Of a stretch of DNA of 64,000 nucleotides, positions 41,630 to 55,815 are shown piece by piece (within the stretch, counting starts at the first letter, position 1; the number at the start of each line of letters is the position of its first letter). Position numbers and translations under genes: made by a program. The stretch spans positions 1,582 through 65,581 of the forward strand of contig QNCL01000001.1 of the NCBI GenBank assembly GCA_003645805.1, read 5' to 3'. The stretch is from Candidatus Omnitrophota bacterium (GTDB lineage: Bacteria; Omnitrophota; 4484-213). The notes below the pieces were generated by a model. The model made no database searches, was not told the origin of the DNA, and saw only the letters and a program-made list of their open reading frames with translations.

Positions 41630-42190
41630 ATGCAAGCGGAGAAAGGAGGAAAGATAGTGATAGGAGTCACCGGAGGATTCTGTGCAGGAAAAACTACAGT
41701 ATGCAACATCTTCAAGGAGTTAGACAAGGATATAGAGGTAATAGATGCTGACGAGATTGCCCATAAACTCTTAAAGATACCCGATCCTGAGCAAAGGAAA
41801 AAGATGGCTGAGGAGATATTTGCCGATGAGGGCAGGATAAGAAGATGGGAAAGCACTCTCCATCCTCTGATAATAGAGGAGATAAAAAAAAGGATAGAAG
41901 GAAGCAGGGCAAGGTTAATCCTTGTCGATGCTCCTCTTCTGATAGAAACAGGGACAGATAAACTTGTAGATAAGATAATTGTGGTAAGGGCATCCTTGGA
42001 TACCCAACTTTCTCGCTCCCAGAGCAGGGGTTTTTCTTCGCAGGATGCCCTAAGGAGGATAAAGCGTCAACTCCCTTTATCCGAGAAAATGAAGAAAGCA
42101 GATTATTTAATAGAGAATGATAAAGAGATAGAGGAAACAAGGAAGCAAGTAGAAGAAGTATGGAGGAGGATTGTACAATGCCTGAAGTAA
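41630..42190 (+). CDS. coaE: dephospho-CoA kinase
   Basis: P-loop [13 protein letters not shown] and IDADEIAH motif; 186 aa. Confidence 0.85.
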   Translation: MQAEKGGKIVIGVTGGFCAGKTTVCNIFKELDKDIEVIDADEIAHKLLKIPDPEQRKKMAEEIFADEGRIRRWESTLHPLIIEEIKKRIEGSRARLILVDAPLLIETGTDKLVDKIIVVRASLDTQLSRSQSRGFSSQDALRRIKRQLPLSEKMKKADYLIENDKEIEETRKQVEEVWRRIVQCLK

Positions 42191-43455
42191 TGAATATTGC
42201 CGAACTGAAACGCAAGAATATGAGCGAGTTAAACAAAATCGCTCGTGAGTTAGGGATTGAAGGAATAAGCGGTTTGCGGAAACAAGACCTTATCTTTCGC
42301 ATCCTGCAAACTCAGACAGAAAAGAATGGTTTGATATTCGGAGAAGGCGTGCTGGAGACCTTACAAGATGGCTTTGGTTTCCTAAGAAGCCCTAATTACA
42401 ACTATCTCCCCTGTCCGGATGACATCTATATCTCTCCTTCTCAGATTAGAAAGTTCAACTTATGCAAAGGGGATACGGTAAGTGGACAGATTCGTCCTCC
42501 TAAGGAAGGAGAGAAATACTTTGCGCTTCTGAAGATAGAAGCAGTGAACTTTGAGAATCCTGAGGCGACAAAGAATAAGGTGCTCTTTGATAACCTCACT
42601 CCCATCTACCCAAATGAAAGGTATATATTGGAGACTACTCCGGATGAAATCTCTATGCGCGTAATGGATCTTATCACCCCTGTAGGAAAAGGGCAAAGGG
42701 GTTTGATTGTTGCTCCTCCTTACAGTGGAAAAACTATCCTGCTCCAGAAGTTTGCCAATAGTATCACCAAGAATTACCCTGATGTATTCTTGATTATCTT
42801 ACTCATTGATGAGCGTCCAGAGGAGGTTACAGATATGCAAGAGTCGGTAAAAGCAGAGGTCATCAGTTCTACATTTGATGAATCTGCAGAAAGGCATATT
42901 CAGGTAGCAGAGATGGTTCTGGAGAAGGCAAAAAGGTTGGTGGAGTATAAGAAGGATGTAGTGATCCTCTTAGATAGCATTACCCGTCTGGCCAGAGCCT
43001 ATAATGCAGTAATGCCTCATAGCGGCAAGATTCTATCCGGAGGGTTAGACGCAGAGGCATTACAGAAACCCAAAAGGTTCTTTGGGGCTGCCCGGAATGT
43101 AAAGGAGGGAGGAAGTTTGACTATCATTGCTACCGCTTTGGTGGATACAGGAAGCAGAATGGATGATGTTATCTTTGAAGAGTTCAAAGGCACGGGAAAT
43201 ATGGAACTCCAGTTAGACCGTAACCTCTTCCAACGCCGTATCTATCCCGCTATTGATATAAAGCGCTCTAATACCCGTCATGAGGAGTTGCTCGTAAGCC
43301 CTGAAGAATTGTCAAAAATCTGGTTATTGAGAAAGATGCTTCAGGAGGTAAGCAGTGTAGAAGCAATGGAGTTGTTGATAGAAAGATTAAAAAAGACAAA
43401 GAATAATAAAGAGTTTTTAGCAACAATAAGAAATGTTTCTCGGGAGGAGTTATGA
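42190..43455 (+). CDS. rho: transcription termination factor Rho
   Basis: N-terminus [42 protein letters not shown]-binding OB and RecA-like ATPase domains. ATG overlaps the coaE stop (TAATG); the tool's start at 42160 is an upstream extension. Confidence 0.9.
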   Translation: MNIAELKRKNMSELNKIARELGIEGISGLRKQDLIFRILQTQTEKNGLIFGEGVLETLQDGFGFLRSPNYNYLPCPDDIYISPSQIRKFNLCKGDTVSGQIRPPKEGEKYFALLKIEAVNFENPEATKNKVLFDNLTPIYPNERYILETTPDEISMRVMDLITPVGKGQRGLIVAPPYSGKTILLQKFANSITKNYPDVFLIILLIDERPEEVTDMQESVKAEVISSTFDESAERHIQVAEMVLEKAKRLVEYKKDVVILLDSITRLARAYNAVMPHSGKILSGGLDAEALQKPKRFFGAARNVKEGGSLTIIATALVDTGSRMDDVIFEEFKGTGNMELQLDRNLFQRRIYPAIDIKRSNTRHEELLVSPEELSKIWLLRKMLQEVSSVEAMELLIERLKKTKNNKEFLATIRNVSREEL

Positions 43456-43652
43456 AGAAAAACATCCATCCACCGTATTATGAAACTACAATTACCTGTG
43501 CCTGTGGAGAAGTAATTCATACACGCTCTACGCGAAAGAACCTGCATGTGGAGATTTGTTCCAAGTGTCATCCTTTCTTTACAGGTAAAGAGAAACTGGT
43601 AGATTCTATGGGGAGAGTGGAAAGGTTTAGAAAGAAATACGAGAAGAAGTAA
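43452..43652 (+). CDS. rpmE: 50S ribosomal protein L31
   Basis: [11 protein letters not shown]...CxCG...[10 protein letters not shown] zinc-ribbon L31 signature; 66 aa. Confidence 0.9.
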   Translation: MKKNIHPPYYETTITCACGEVIHTRSTRKNLHVEICSKCHPFFTGKEKLVDSMGRVERFRKKYEKK

Positions 43653-43663
43653 AGTTCTCTTGA

Positions 43664-43691
43664 TTTGCCCTTTCCGAATAAGGAAAGCAAA
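43664..43691 (+). terminator. putative intrinsic terminator downstream of rpmE
   Basis: Imperfect hairpin TTTGCcCTTTCC-GAATAA-GGAAAGCAAA followed by a T-rich stretch (TAGGTTCTTTTAT). Confidence 0.4.
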
Positions 43692-43705
43692 TAGGTTCTT
43701 TTATA

Positions 43706-44179
43706 ATGCGAGTATTGGGAATTGATCCGGGAACAATTACTACCGGGTTTGGAATAGTAGAGAATAAAAAAGGGGAATTGCAGGTATGTGAGTATGGACT
43801 GATCAAAACCAAGAAAAAATCTGCTCCGGGAGAGAGATTAAACTATATCCATCAGGAAGTGAGCAAGATAATCGGAAGGAGCAAATTGGATATAATGGTT
43901 ATAGAGGATATATTTCTGCATAAAAATTTCCGTTCGGCGGTAAGGATTGGAGAAGCAAGATGTTCAGCAATATTAGCCGCTCTAAAGCAGGGACTTAAGA
44001 TCATAGAGTATCTGCCCACAGAGATAAAGCAGGCAGTAGTGGGTAATGGAAGGGCTTCCAAGATACAGGTGCAGAGTATGGTAAAAAGGCTTCTTCATCT
44101 TCCCGTGTCTCCTCCTGCAGATGCTGCAGATGCTTTAGCAGCGGCTATCTGCCACTGTTATAGACAGAAATATGCTTGA
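43706..44179 (+). CDS. ruvC: Holliday junction resolvase RuvC
   Basis: MRVLGIDPGTITTGFGIV N-terminus (RNase H fold catalytic Asp). Confidence 0.9.
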   Translation: MRVLGIDPGTITTGFGIVENKKGELQVCEYGLIKTKKKSAPGERLNYIHQEVSKIIGRSKLDIMVIEDIFLHKNFRSAVRIGEARCSAILAALKQGLKIIEYLPTEIKQAVVGNGRASKIQVQSMVKRLLHLPVSPPADAADALAAAICHCYRQKYA

Positions 44180-44762
44180 GTATATCCAGGGAATATTGAG
44201 AGTAAAGAAAGGGGAGTATATAGTGGTGGATGTAGGGGGAATTGGTTATAGGATTAGTGTTCCTCTCTCTGTGCTGGAAAGAATAGGAGAGTTGGAAAAG
44301 GAGGTGAGATTATTCATCTATCCTTATCTTTCTCTCTCAGGCAAGAGCGCAAGTATCAAACTCTATGGATTCCTTAGTTCAGAGGAAAAAGAGTTGTTTA
44401 TCTCACTTCTCTCTATCTCAGGAATCGGACCGCGCATAGCCCTGGCTATCCTCTCCGGAAGCTCAGCAGATGATCTGCAGAAGGCAATTGCTAAGGGTAA
44501 TTATCAGATACTCAGTCGTATTCCTGGAATTGGAAAGAAGACTGCTCAACGCATAATCCTTGAATTGAAGGAAAAGGTAGAGTTGCCCAAACTGGAAGAA
44601 GAGGAAGATATAGAAAGAGATGCTGTCTCTGCTCTGGTTTCTTTAGGGTATAAAAAACAGAGAGCGCAAGAGATGGTAAGCAAGGTGTTGAGGAAACAAT
44701 CATCAGAGGAAATAGAATTAGAAAAGATTATTCGTGAAGCCCTATGCCAGTGCGTCCAATAA
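44172..44762 (+). CDS. ruvA: Holliday junction branch migration protein RuvA
   Basis: MLEYIQGIL...[12 protein letters not shown] domain, HhH motifs (GIGPRIA; [10 protein letters not shown]). Confidence 0.85.
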   Translation: MLEYIQGILRVKKGEYIVVDVGGIGYRISVPLSVLERIGELEKEVRLFIYPYLSLSGKSASIKLYGFLSSEEKELFISLLSISGIGPRIALAILSGSSADDLQKAIAKGNYQILSRIPGIGKKTAQRIILELKEKVELPKLEEEEDIERDAVSALVSLGYKKQRAQEMVSKVLRKQSSEEIELEKIIREALCQCVQ

Positions 44763-45769
44763 CCCCATTAAAAGAAAACGAGGATACAGAGTATGAGAAT
44801 ATCCTCCGCCCTTCCTCCTGGAAATACTTTGTGGGGCAGGAGAGATTGAAGAAGAACCTCAGAATCTTTATTCAAGCAGCAAAGCAAAGAAATGAGTGTT
44901 TAGACCATCTCTTGTTTTTTGGACCTCCCGGATTAGGAAAAACTACCTTGGCTTATATTGTTGCTAAAGAAATGGGGGTGCAAATAAAAGTTTCCTCAGG
45001 GACGATATTAGAGCGCCCTGGAGATTTAGCCGGTTTGCTTACTAATCTAAAGCGAGGGGAGGTGTTATTTATTGATGAGATTCACCGCCTTCCGCGAGTA
45101 GTAGAGGAGTATCTCTACTCGGCAATGGAAGACTATTCTCTGGATATCATCCTGGATAAAGGACCTAATGCTCGTTCTGTTAAACTCCGCCTTGCTCCCT
45201 TTACCTTGATAGGAGCCACTACTCGCAGTGGTCTTCTCACCTCTCCTTTAAGATCACGCTTTGGGGTGATTAGCCGACTGGATTATTATTCTCCTTCAGA
45301 GTTATGCGAGATCATCCTTAACTCCAGCAGACTTCTGAATCTGGATATCGATCGCGAAGGGGCAGAGGAGATCGCTTTGCGCTCCAGAGGGACTCCCCGC
45401 ATTGCTAATCGTTTGCTCCGAAGAATAAGAGACTATGCCCAAGTAGAGGGGAAGGGAAAGGTTAGCAAAGAGATTGCGGAAAGGGCTCTGGAGATGCTGG
45501 AGGTAGATAAACTTGGCTTGGACGAAATGGACAAGAGGATTCTGGAGACAATTATCAGCAAATTTAATGGTGGCCCTGTAGGAATAAGCACTATTGCAGT
45601 AGCAGTGGGTGAGGAGGAGGATACTCTTGAGGAGATCTATGAGCCCTATCTTATTCAGGAGGGTTTTCTTCAGCGCACTCCTCAAGGGCGGATTGCTACA
45701 GAGAAGGCATATAAACATTTCGGTTTTTCCTTTATGGGAAATCGCCAAAGAAGAATAAAATGGGATTAG
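44744..45769 (+). CDS. ruvB: Holliday junction ATP-dependent helicase RuvB
   Basis: Walker [12 protein letters not shown], sensor motifs, C-terminal winged helix. Confidence 0.9.
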   Translation: MPVRPITPLKENEDTEYENILRPSSWKYFVGQERLKKNLRIFIQAAKQRNECLDHLLFFGPPGLGKTTLAYIVAKEMGVQIKVSSGTILERPGDLAGLLTNLKRGEVLFIDEIHRLPRVVEEYLYSAMEDYSLDIILDKGPNARSVKLRLAPFTLIGATTRSGLLTSPLRSRFGVISRLDYYSPSELCEIILNSSRLLNLDIDREGAEEIALRSRGTPRIANRLLRRIRDYAQVEGKGKVSKEIAERALEMLEVDKLGLDEMDKRILETIISKFNGGPVGISTIAVAVGEEEDTLEEIYEPYLIQEGFLQRTPQGRIATEKAYKHFGFSFMGNRQRRIKWD

Positions 45770-45978
45770 AGTTGATAGGAAGATTTATGATTCTATCAGG
45801 GATAATCTTGCTTCTTCTGGGAGGAATATTTATAATGGCAAAGAATATTCCTTTTATAGGACATCTACCCGGAGATATCCTTATCCGAAAGGAAAACTTC
45901 TCCTTTTATTTTCCCTTGACTACCTGTATTCTCCTCAGCCTGCTCTTTTCTTTAATCTTCTGGCTCTTTCACCGATGA
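45760..45978 (+). CDS. DUF2905-like small membrane protein
   Basis: 72 aa, two TM segments, [18 protein letters not shown] motif typical of DUF2905. Confidence 0.55.
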   Translation: MGLELIGRFMILSGIILLLLGGIFIMAKNIPFIGHLPGDILIRKENFSFYFPLTTCILLSLLFSLIFWLFHR

Positions 45979-47129
45979 ATCTTTTTCTTACTCTACTGGT
46001 TTTTATTATTACCTGTTTCTCCTCTATATCTCCTGCTTACGGCTTAGCCACTCCTCCTCTGGAGCAAAGGTATTTTATTCGCGTGGCTATATTAAAAGAA
46101 GCAAAAGAGTTCACTCTCTCGGTAAAAGGAAGATTTGAGATATGCGCTCCTTATACTGACCAGGTACTGCAGGAGAGCCAAGGTCTGCATAAAGCCAAGG
46201 TAGTGCCTATCCCTGCAGGAATAAAGATTAATAAATATCCCTTTAAGATTTGCGCAATAAAGATTAAACCTAAAAGAGAAGCGGCTATCTTCTTAAATAG
46301 ATATCGTCTGCGAGGTAATCTGGAGATTATTCGTCAGAAGAATGGAAGATTATTGGCTATTAATGAAGTAGATATTGAGGACTATCTGTGTGGAGTTTTG
46401 CGCGCCGAGGTTTCTCCTCACTGGCCTATGGAGGTTTTGAAAGCCCAAGCGGTAGCCGCTCGCACTTTTGCTCTCTATCAGGCTCTGGCAAACAAGGACA
46501 AAGACTATGCGCTAGATAACACCATCTATTCTCAACTATATGGAGGAGTAAGACAGGAAACCTGGCGCACAAGGCGAGCAGTTTATCAAACAAAAGGAGA
46601 GGTATTGAAGTATAAAGGAAAACTCTTTCCTGCCTTCTTTCATGCTATCTGTGGAGGACATACAGAGGATGCAAGTAAACTCTGGAAGATAGACATTCCT
46701 CCTTTGAAAGGAGTGAATTGTCCGTTTTGTTTCCGTTCCCCTTATTATCATTGGAGAGCCAGAATTCCTTTAGAGAGGATAAGAGAAAGATTAAATAAAG
46801 AAGGATACAAGATAGAAAAGATTCTTTCTCTCTCCTGTCTAGGGTATGATGAAAGTGGACGAGTGGAAAGGATAGAGATAAGGACAAAGAAAAGAGAAGT
46901 AGAGATACCCGCAAACAGGTTTCGTTTACTTATCGGGTCAAATTTGATTCGGAGCACAAATTTTAGAGTTAAAACAAGAGGAGATAAAGTAATATTTGAA
47001 GGGATCGGCTGGGGGCATGGGGTAGGTCTCTGTCAGTGGGGAGCATATTTTATGGCAAAAAGAGGATTTGATTACCATCAAATTTTAGAGTATTATTATC
47101 CCCAGGCGAAGATCGTTAGGCTATACTAA
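45975..47129 (+). CDS. SpoIID/LytB domain protein (peptidoglycan lytic enzyme-like)
   Basis: Signal peptide; SpoIID-like core (EVDIEDYLCGVLRAEV...EVLKAQAVAARTFALYQ). Confidence 0.7.
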   Translation: MNLFLTLLVFIITCFSSISPAYGLATPPLEQRYFIRVAILKEAKEFTLSVKGRFEICAPYTDQVLQESQGLHKAKVVPIPAGIKINKYPFKICAIKIKPKREAAIFLNRYRLRGNLEIIRQKNGRLLAINEVDIEDYLCGVLRAEVSPHWPMEVLKAQAVAARTFALYQALANKDKDYALDNTIYSQLYGGVRQETWRTRRAVYQTKGEVLKYKGKLFPAFFHAICGGHTEDASKLWKIDIPPLKGVNCPFCFRSPYYHWRARIPLERIRERLNKEGYKIEKILSLSCLGYDESGRVERIEIRTKKREVEIPANRFRLLIGSNLIRSTNFRVKTRGDKVIFEGIGWGHGVGLCQWGAYFMAKRGFDYHQILEYYYPQAKIVRLY

Positions 47130-47156
47130 GAAGCCAAAAATAGGCAAGGAGGAACA

Positions 47157-47447
47157 ATGTTTGTATCTATAATGCAAATTTCTGGTAGAGAAAACCTATT
47201 TGTGAGTATGCTTCCTCTGTTTTTGATATTTGCTATCTTTTATTTCCTGCTTATCCTTCCTCAACAGAGAATGAGAAAGGAGCATCAAATAATGCTTTCC
47301 AAACTCTCCAAAGGAGATAGAGTAATTACTAATGGGGGTATTTATGCCACGGTAATAGAGGTTAAGGGGAATATCGTGGTGTTGAAGATCAGCGAAAATA
47401 CAAAGATAGAGATTCAGAAAGAAGCAATAGCGCAGAAACTGAAATAA
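47157..47447 (+). CDS. yajC: preprotein translocase subunit YajC
   Basis: Single TM, QQRMRKEHQ...LSKGDRVITNGGIYATVIEV motif. Confidence 0.8.
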   Translation: MFVSIMQISGRENLFVSMLPLFLIFAIFYFLLILPQQRMRKEHQIMLSKLSKGDRVITNGGIYATVIEVKGNIVVLKISENTKIEIQKEAIAQKLK

Positions 47448-47459
47448 GAGATCTTTAAG

Positions 47460-51411
<3,952 letters not shown>

Positions 51412-51422
<11 letters not shown>

Positions 51423-52068
51423 ACGGAAAGAGAGAGGAAAGTTTATTACCTTTGAGGGAACAGAGGGAAGTGGCAAATCTACCCAGATACAGCTAAGCAT
51501 AGAGTTTTTGCAAAGCAAAGGTTTCTCTGTGGTGTTTACCCATGAACCCGGGGGAACAAGGATTGGAGAGAGAATAAGAGATATTTTATTAAAGAAAGAG
51601 TATAAGGAAATGGATGATTACTGCGAGACATTTCTTTTCTTTGCTTCGCGCGCCCAGTTGATAAAGGAGGTAATAAACCCTGCACTTAGTGAGGGCAAGA
51701 TAGTGCTCTGCGACCGTTTTTTGGATGCTACTATCTGCTATCAGGGCTATGGAAATGGAATAGATATTGAGTTTATACACCAGATGAGCCGCTTTATAGA
51801 TATTAAGCCCGATTTAACCATTCTTCTGGATATAGAACCAGAGGAAGGGTTGAAGAGATTAAGGGAAAAGGACAGAATAGAAGAGAGAGACCTGGGTTAT
51901 TATCAAAGAGTGAGAAGAGGGTATCTGGAGTTGGCTAAAAGAGAACCGAGAAGGATAAAGGTAATAAAAGTGGAGGGAGTAGAGAAGACAAGAAAGAGGA
52001 TAGAAGAAACACTGAGGGAGTTTCTGCTTCTTCCCAGAGAAGATGAAAAGGGTGATAGAGGGGTTTAA
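51412..52068 (+). CDS. tmk: thymidylate kinase
   Basis: P-loop FEGTEGSGKSTQ and DRF motif (CDRF). Confidence 0.9.
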
Positions 52069-52876
52069 GGAAGCAATAAGAAAGAATAGGGTAGGGCACA
52101 GCTATCTGTTTGTAGGAGGAAACGAAGAGGCGAGAAAAATAGGAATAAAGTTTGCGCAAATGCTTAATTGCGAACAAAAAGAAGGAGAGATATGTGGTTC
52201 TTGTTATTCCTGCCAGAAACTCGATGCTCTCACCCATCCTGACTTAGAGATAATTAGCGTAGATGAGTTTCGGGAGGAAAACAAAGAGAATAGAAGATCC
52301 GATTCGCTAAAGATAGAGCAGATAAGAAAACTAAAAACCTGGATATCCTTGAAGCCTTATTGTGCAAGATATAAGATAGGTTTTATTCTGGATGCCCAGT
52401 TGCTTACCGAAGAGGCGTCCAATGCTTTATTAAAGACCTTGGAGGAGCCTCCTATTCATTCTTTGCTCATTATCTTTGCAGATTCTACTTACTCTCTTGT
52501 TCCCACTATAGTCTCTCGCTGTCAGATAATAAGATTTCCTGCAGGACAAGTAAAGACCGAGGATATACACTCTGCGCTCACTCTTCTCCAGGATAAAGAG
52601 GCTTTACTGAGCAAGTCAAGGTTAGAATGGAAGGAGATATTACACACAGGGCTTCGGTGGTGGAGGGACATTCTCATCTTCAAACTCTGTGCAGAGAGCA
52701 AGGTTCTGTTTAACAAAGAAAAGATAGAACTAATCAGGAAAGAAAGCGAGAGATATTCCTTGGAACAGGTAAAAAGGAAGATGGAGGTTCTGGAGAAGAG
52801 TTATAACCTTATAAATCGCAATCTTAATCCTAAGATAGTGTTTGCAAATATGCTCGAGGGCTTAAAAGATGTTTGA
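52043..52876 (+). CDS. holB: DNA polymerase III delta' subunit
   Basis: Degenerate P-loop region, zinc module CGSCYSCQK, follows tmk as in many genomes. Confidence 0.75.
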   Translation: MKRVIEGFKEAIRKNRVGHSYLFVGGNEEARKIGIKFAQMLNCEQKEGEICGSCYSCQKLDALTHPDLEIISVDEFREENKENRRSDSLKIEQIRKLKTWISLKPYCARYKIGFILDAQLLTEEASNALLKTLEEPPIHSLLIIFADSTYSLVPTIVSRCQIIRFPAGQVKTEDIHSALTLLQDKEALLSKSRLEWKEILHTGLRWWRDILIFKLCAESKVLFNKEKIELIRKESERYSLEQVKRKMEVLEKSYNLINRNLNPKIVFANMLEGLKDV

Positions 52877-53558
52877 AGTGGTGGAGGTAAAGGTCAGAGA
52901 AGGAGGAGGAATCTTCTATTACAGTACCAATGGTCTTAATCTAAATGTAGGAGATTGTGTAATTATCGAAGCAGAGCGAGGAATAGACTACGGAGAGGTA
53001 ATCTCTCCTCGAGAGGTTATATTAGATAGTGAAGTAGAGCATCCTTTGCGTCGTGTCATTCGCAAAGCCACTCGTGAGGATATAGAGAAAATCAAAAAGA
53101 ATAAGGAAGAGGCGAAAAAAGCGTTTGGAATTTGTTTAAAGAAGATAGATAAGCATAAGTTAGAGATGAAGTTAATTCAAGCAGAGTATTCCTTTGATAG
53201 AAGCAAGATAATCTTCTACTTTACCGCAAAAGGAAGGATAGATTTCAGGAAGTTGGTAAGAGATTTGGCTACTATATTCAAGATAAGAATAGAGATGAGG
53301 CAAATCGGGGTGCGTGATGAGGCAAAGTTGCGGGGAGGATTTGGACCTTGCGGTTTGCCTCTTTGCTGTACTACATTCCTGAAGGAGTTCAGTAGCGTGA
53401 CTCTCCAGATGGCCAGAAATCAAAATCTCCCTTTAAATCCTAATAAGATATCGGGGTTATGTGGGAGACTGATGTGTTGCCTAACCTATGAACACTCTGA
53501 TTATGCTAATGAAAAGGAGAAGAGAAAAGAAAAAAAGAAAGAGGAGGGAAAGGAATGA
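52869..53558 (+). CDS. ricT: PSP1 domain protein (RicT/YaaT-like)
   Basis: GDCVIIEAERGIDYGEV PSP1 core and Cys cluster (CGLPLCCTTFL...CGRLMCCL); gene order tmk-holB-yaaT is conserved. Confidence 0.7.
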   Translation: MFEVVEVKVREGGGIFYYSTNGLNLNVGDCVIIEAERGIDYGEVISPREVILDSEVEHPLRRVIRKATREDIEKIKKNKEEAKKAFGICLKKIDKHKLEMKLIQAEYSFDRSKIIFYFTAKGRIDFRKLVRDLATIFKIRIEMRQIGVRDEAKLRGGFGPCGLPLCCTTFLKEFSSVTLQMARNQNLPLNPNKISGLCGRLMCCLTYEHSDYANEKEKRKEKKKEEGKE

Positions 53559-55039
53559 AGTTTTATATTACTACTCCTTTATATTATATAAATGCTGAAC
53601 CCCACATTGGTCATTCTTACACCAATATCGCTGCTGATTGTTTAGCCCGATATATGCGTCAACTCTATGGTGAGGAGAGTGTATATTTACTTACAGGCAC
53701 TGATGAGCATGGACAGAAGATAAAGAAAGCGGCTCAGCAAGCAGGCAAGGATCCCAAGGAGTTTGCGGATACAGTGGTAGAGCAATTTAAACACCTGTGG
53801 AAGGTGTTAGATATCTCCTATAACGATTTTATTCGCACTACTGAGCAAAGGCATATCAATACAGTAAAGCGGGTGCTGGAGATTCTATATAGAAAAGGAG
53901 ACATCTATTTAGCCAAATATGAGGGATGGTATTGCACACCCTGCGAGACCTTCTGGCCAAGTTCGCAGGTAAGTAAAGAACAATGTCCTGATTGTCAAAG
54001 ACCTGTGGAGAGGGTGAAAGAAAAAAATTACTTCTTTAGGCTGTCCAAATATCAAGATTGGTTAATCAACCATATTCACACCCATCCTTGTTTTATCCGC
54101 CCTTCTGTGCGTTCCCGGGAAATCCTGAGTTTCCTCCAACAACCCCTTACTGACCTGTGTATCTCTCGTCCACGCGAGCGTTTAAGTTGGGGAATAGAAC
54201 TTCCTTTTGATTCTTCCTATGTAACATATGTATGGTTTGATGCCTTGATTAACTATATTAGTGCAGTAGGAACATTTGATAGTCAAGACAGATATCATTC
54301 TCGCTGGTGGCCTGCAGACTTGCATCTGGTAGGGAAAGATATTCTCAGACAGCACGCAATATACTGGCCTATTATGCTCTATGCTCTGGGTATAGAGCCT
54401 CCGAAGACAATCTTTGCCCATGGCTGGTGGTTGATGGGCAAAGACAAGATGTCCAAATCCCGCGGGAATATCATCTCTCCTTATACAATAGTGGAGAGGT
54501 TTGGAGTGGATGTATATCGATACTTTCTGCTTAAGGATGTTCCTTTTGGCCAGGATGGACACTTCTCAGAGGAAGCAGTGATTAAGAGGTTTAATAGTGA
54601 CCTAGCCAATGACCTGGGAAACTTAGTGCATCGCACTCTCTCAATGATAGAAAAGTATCTGGAAGGAAAGCCTCCAAAGGAAAGAGAGTGCAGGGACAGA
54701 GAAGAAACGGAAATAGAGAGGAAAATAGAGAACCTTCCTTCCCAGATTAGAAACTCTCTCTCTGCAGAGAACGATTTTAATTTTGCCTTTGCGCTTGAGC
54801 AGATATGGGAGTTGGTAAATATGGCTAATAAGTTTATTGAGGAAACAAAACCCTGGATTTTGCTCAAGGAGAAGAAAACAGAGAAACTGGAAAGATTCCT
54901 CTTTCTTTTATTAAAGGCGATAAAAAAGATAGCGGAATCCTTGCAAGCGTTTATGCCTCAGACTGCCAGAGTGATTTTAGAGCATTTAGAGAAGGAAGAG
55001 ATAAAAAAGGGGAAGGCTTTATTTCCGAGGATAAGATGA
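53555..55039 (+). CDS. metG: methionyl-tRNA synthetase (short form)
   Basis: HIGH (EPHIGHSY), zinc knuckle CTPCETF...CPDCQ, KMSKSRGN. Confidence 0.9.
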   Translation: MKFYITTPLYYINAEPHIGHSYTNIAADCLARYMRQLYGEESVYLLTGTDEHGQKIKKAAQQAGKDPKEFADTVVEQFKHLWKVLDISYNDFIRTTEQRHINTVKRVLEILYRKGDIYLAKYEGWYCTPCETFWPSSQVSKEQCPDCQRPVERVKEKNYFFRLSKYQDWLINHIHTHPCFIRPSVRSREILSFLQQPLTDLCISRPRERLSWGIELPFDSSYVTYVWFDALINYISAVGTFDSQDRYHSRWWPADLHLVGKDILRQHAIYWPIMLYALGIEPPKTIFAHGWWLMGKDKMSKSRGNIISPYTIVERFGVDVYRYFLLKDVPFGQDGHFSEEAVIKRFNSDLANDLGNLVHRTLSMIEKYLEGKPPKERECRDREETEIERKIENLPSQIRNSLSAENDFNFAFALEQIWELVNMANKFIEETKPWILLKEKKTEKLERFLFLLLKAIKKIAESLQAFMPQTARVILEHLEKEEIKKGKALFPRIR

Positions 55040-55815
55040 TATTTGATACCCATACCCATCTGCACTTCTCTGATTATGATGAAGACAGAGAAGAGGTGAT
55101 AGAAAGAGCGAGAAAGGAAGGAGTTGGGGCATTGATAGAGGTGGGAGTAGATTTAGAGGATAGTAGAAAAGCAATAGAGTTAGCCCAAAGATATGAATTT
55201 ATATATACTGCAATAGGCGTTCACCCTCATTATGCCGATAAGGCAGAGATTGAGAAATTTGAGGCTTTGGCTGAAGAGAAGAAGGTAGTGGCTATTGGTG
55301 AGGTAGGGATAGATTACTTCCGTAGCCCTGTTCCTAAATCTGTGCAGCAGAGGGTATTTCGCCAATTCATTCGCTTAGCCAAAAAACATAACCTTCCTGT
55401 GATTGTGCATAGTCGTTCCGAGGAGAAGGAAGGCAAGGGAGCAAAAAACGCTTATCTGGATGCCCTCAAGATCTTAAAGGAAGAGAAGGTAGAGAAGGGA
55501 GTGTTTCATTGCTTCTGTGCAGATAGAGAGGTGGCAAAAGAGGTACTGGAAACGGGATTCTTTCTCTCTTTCACCGGAAATCTCACCTATCCCAATGCTC
55601 AAACAATAAGAGATACCCTCAAATTTACTCCTCTGGAGAGGATGCTTCTGGAGACCGATTGCCCTTTTCTTCCTCCTCAGGAGAAGAGAGGAAAAAGGAA
55701 TGAACCCGCTTATCTAAGATATGTCCTCTATAGATTAGCAGAGATAAAAGAAATTTCTTTAGCAGATATAGAGAAGATAACTACAAGAAATGCTCAAAGA
55801 TTGTTCGGTGTTTGA
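55036..55815 (+). CDS. tatD: TatD family deoxyribonuclease/hydrolase
   Basis: MIFDTHTHLHF metal-binding motif; 259 aa; directly after metG. Confidence 0.85.
   Translation: MIFDTHTHLHFSDYDEDREEVIERARKEGVGALIEVGVDLEDSRKAIELAQRYEFIYTAIGVHPHYADKAEIEKFEALAEEKKVVAIGEVGIDYFRSPVPKSVQQRVFRQFIRLAKKHNLPVIVHSRSEEKEGKGAKNAYLDALKILKEEKVEKGVFHCFCADREVAKEVLETGFFLSFTGNLTYPNAQTIRDTLKFTPLERMLLETDCPFLPPQEKRGKRNEPAYLRYVLYRLAEIKEISLADIEKITTRNAQRLFGV

Noticed and set aside
41712-42302. 196-aa ORF on the - strand overlapping coaE and the start of rho
   Set aside because: Lies antisense to two well-conserved genes, is low-complexity (S/L/P-rich) and has no recognisable motifs. It is the kind of long antisense ORF expected from AG-rich coding-strand composition.
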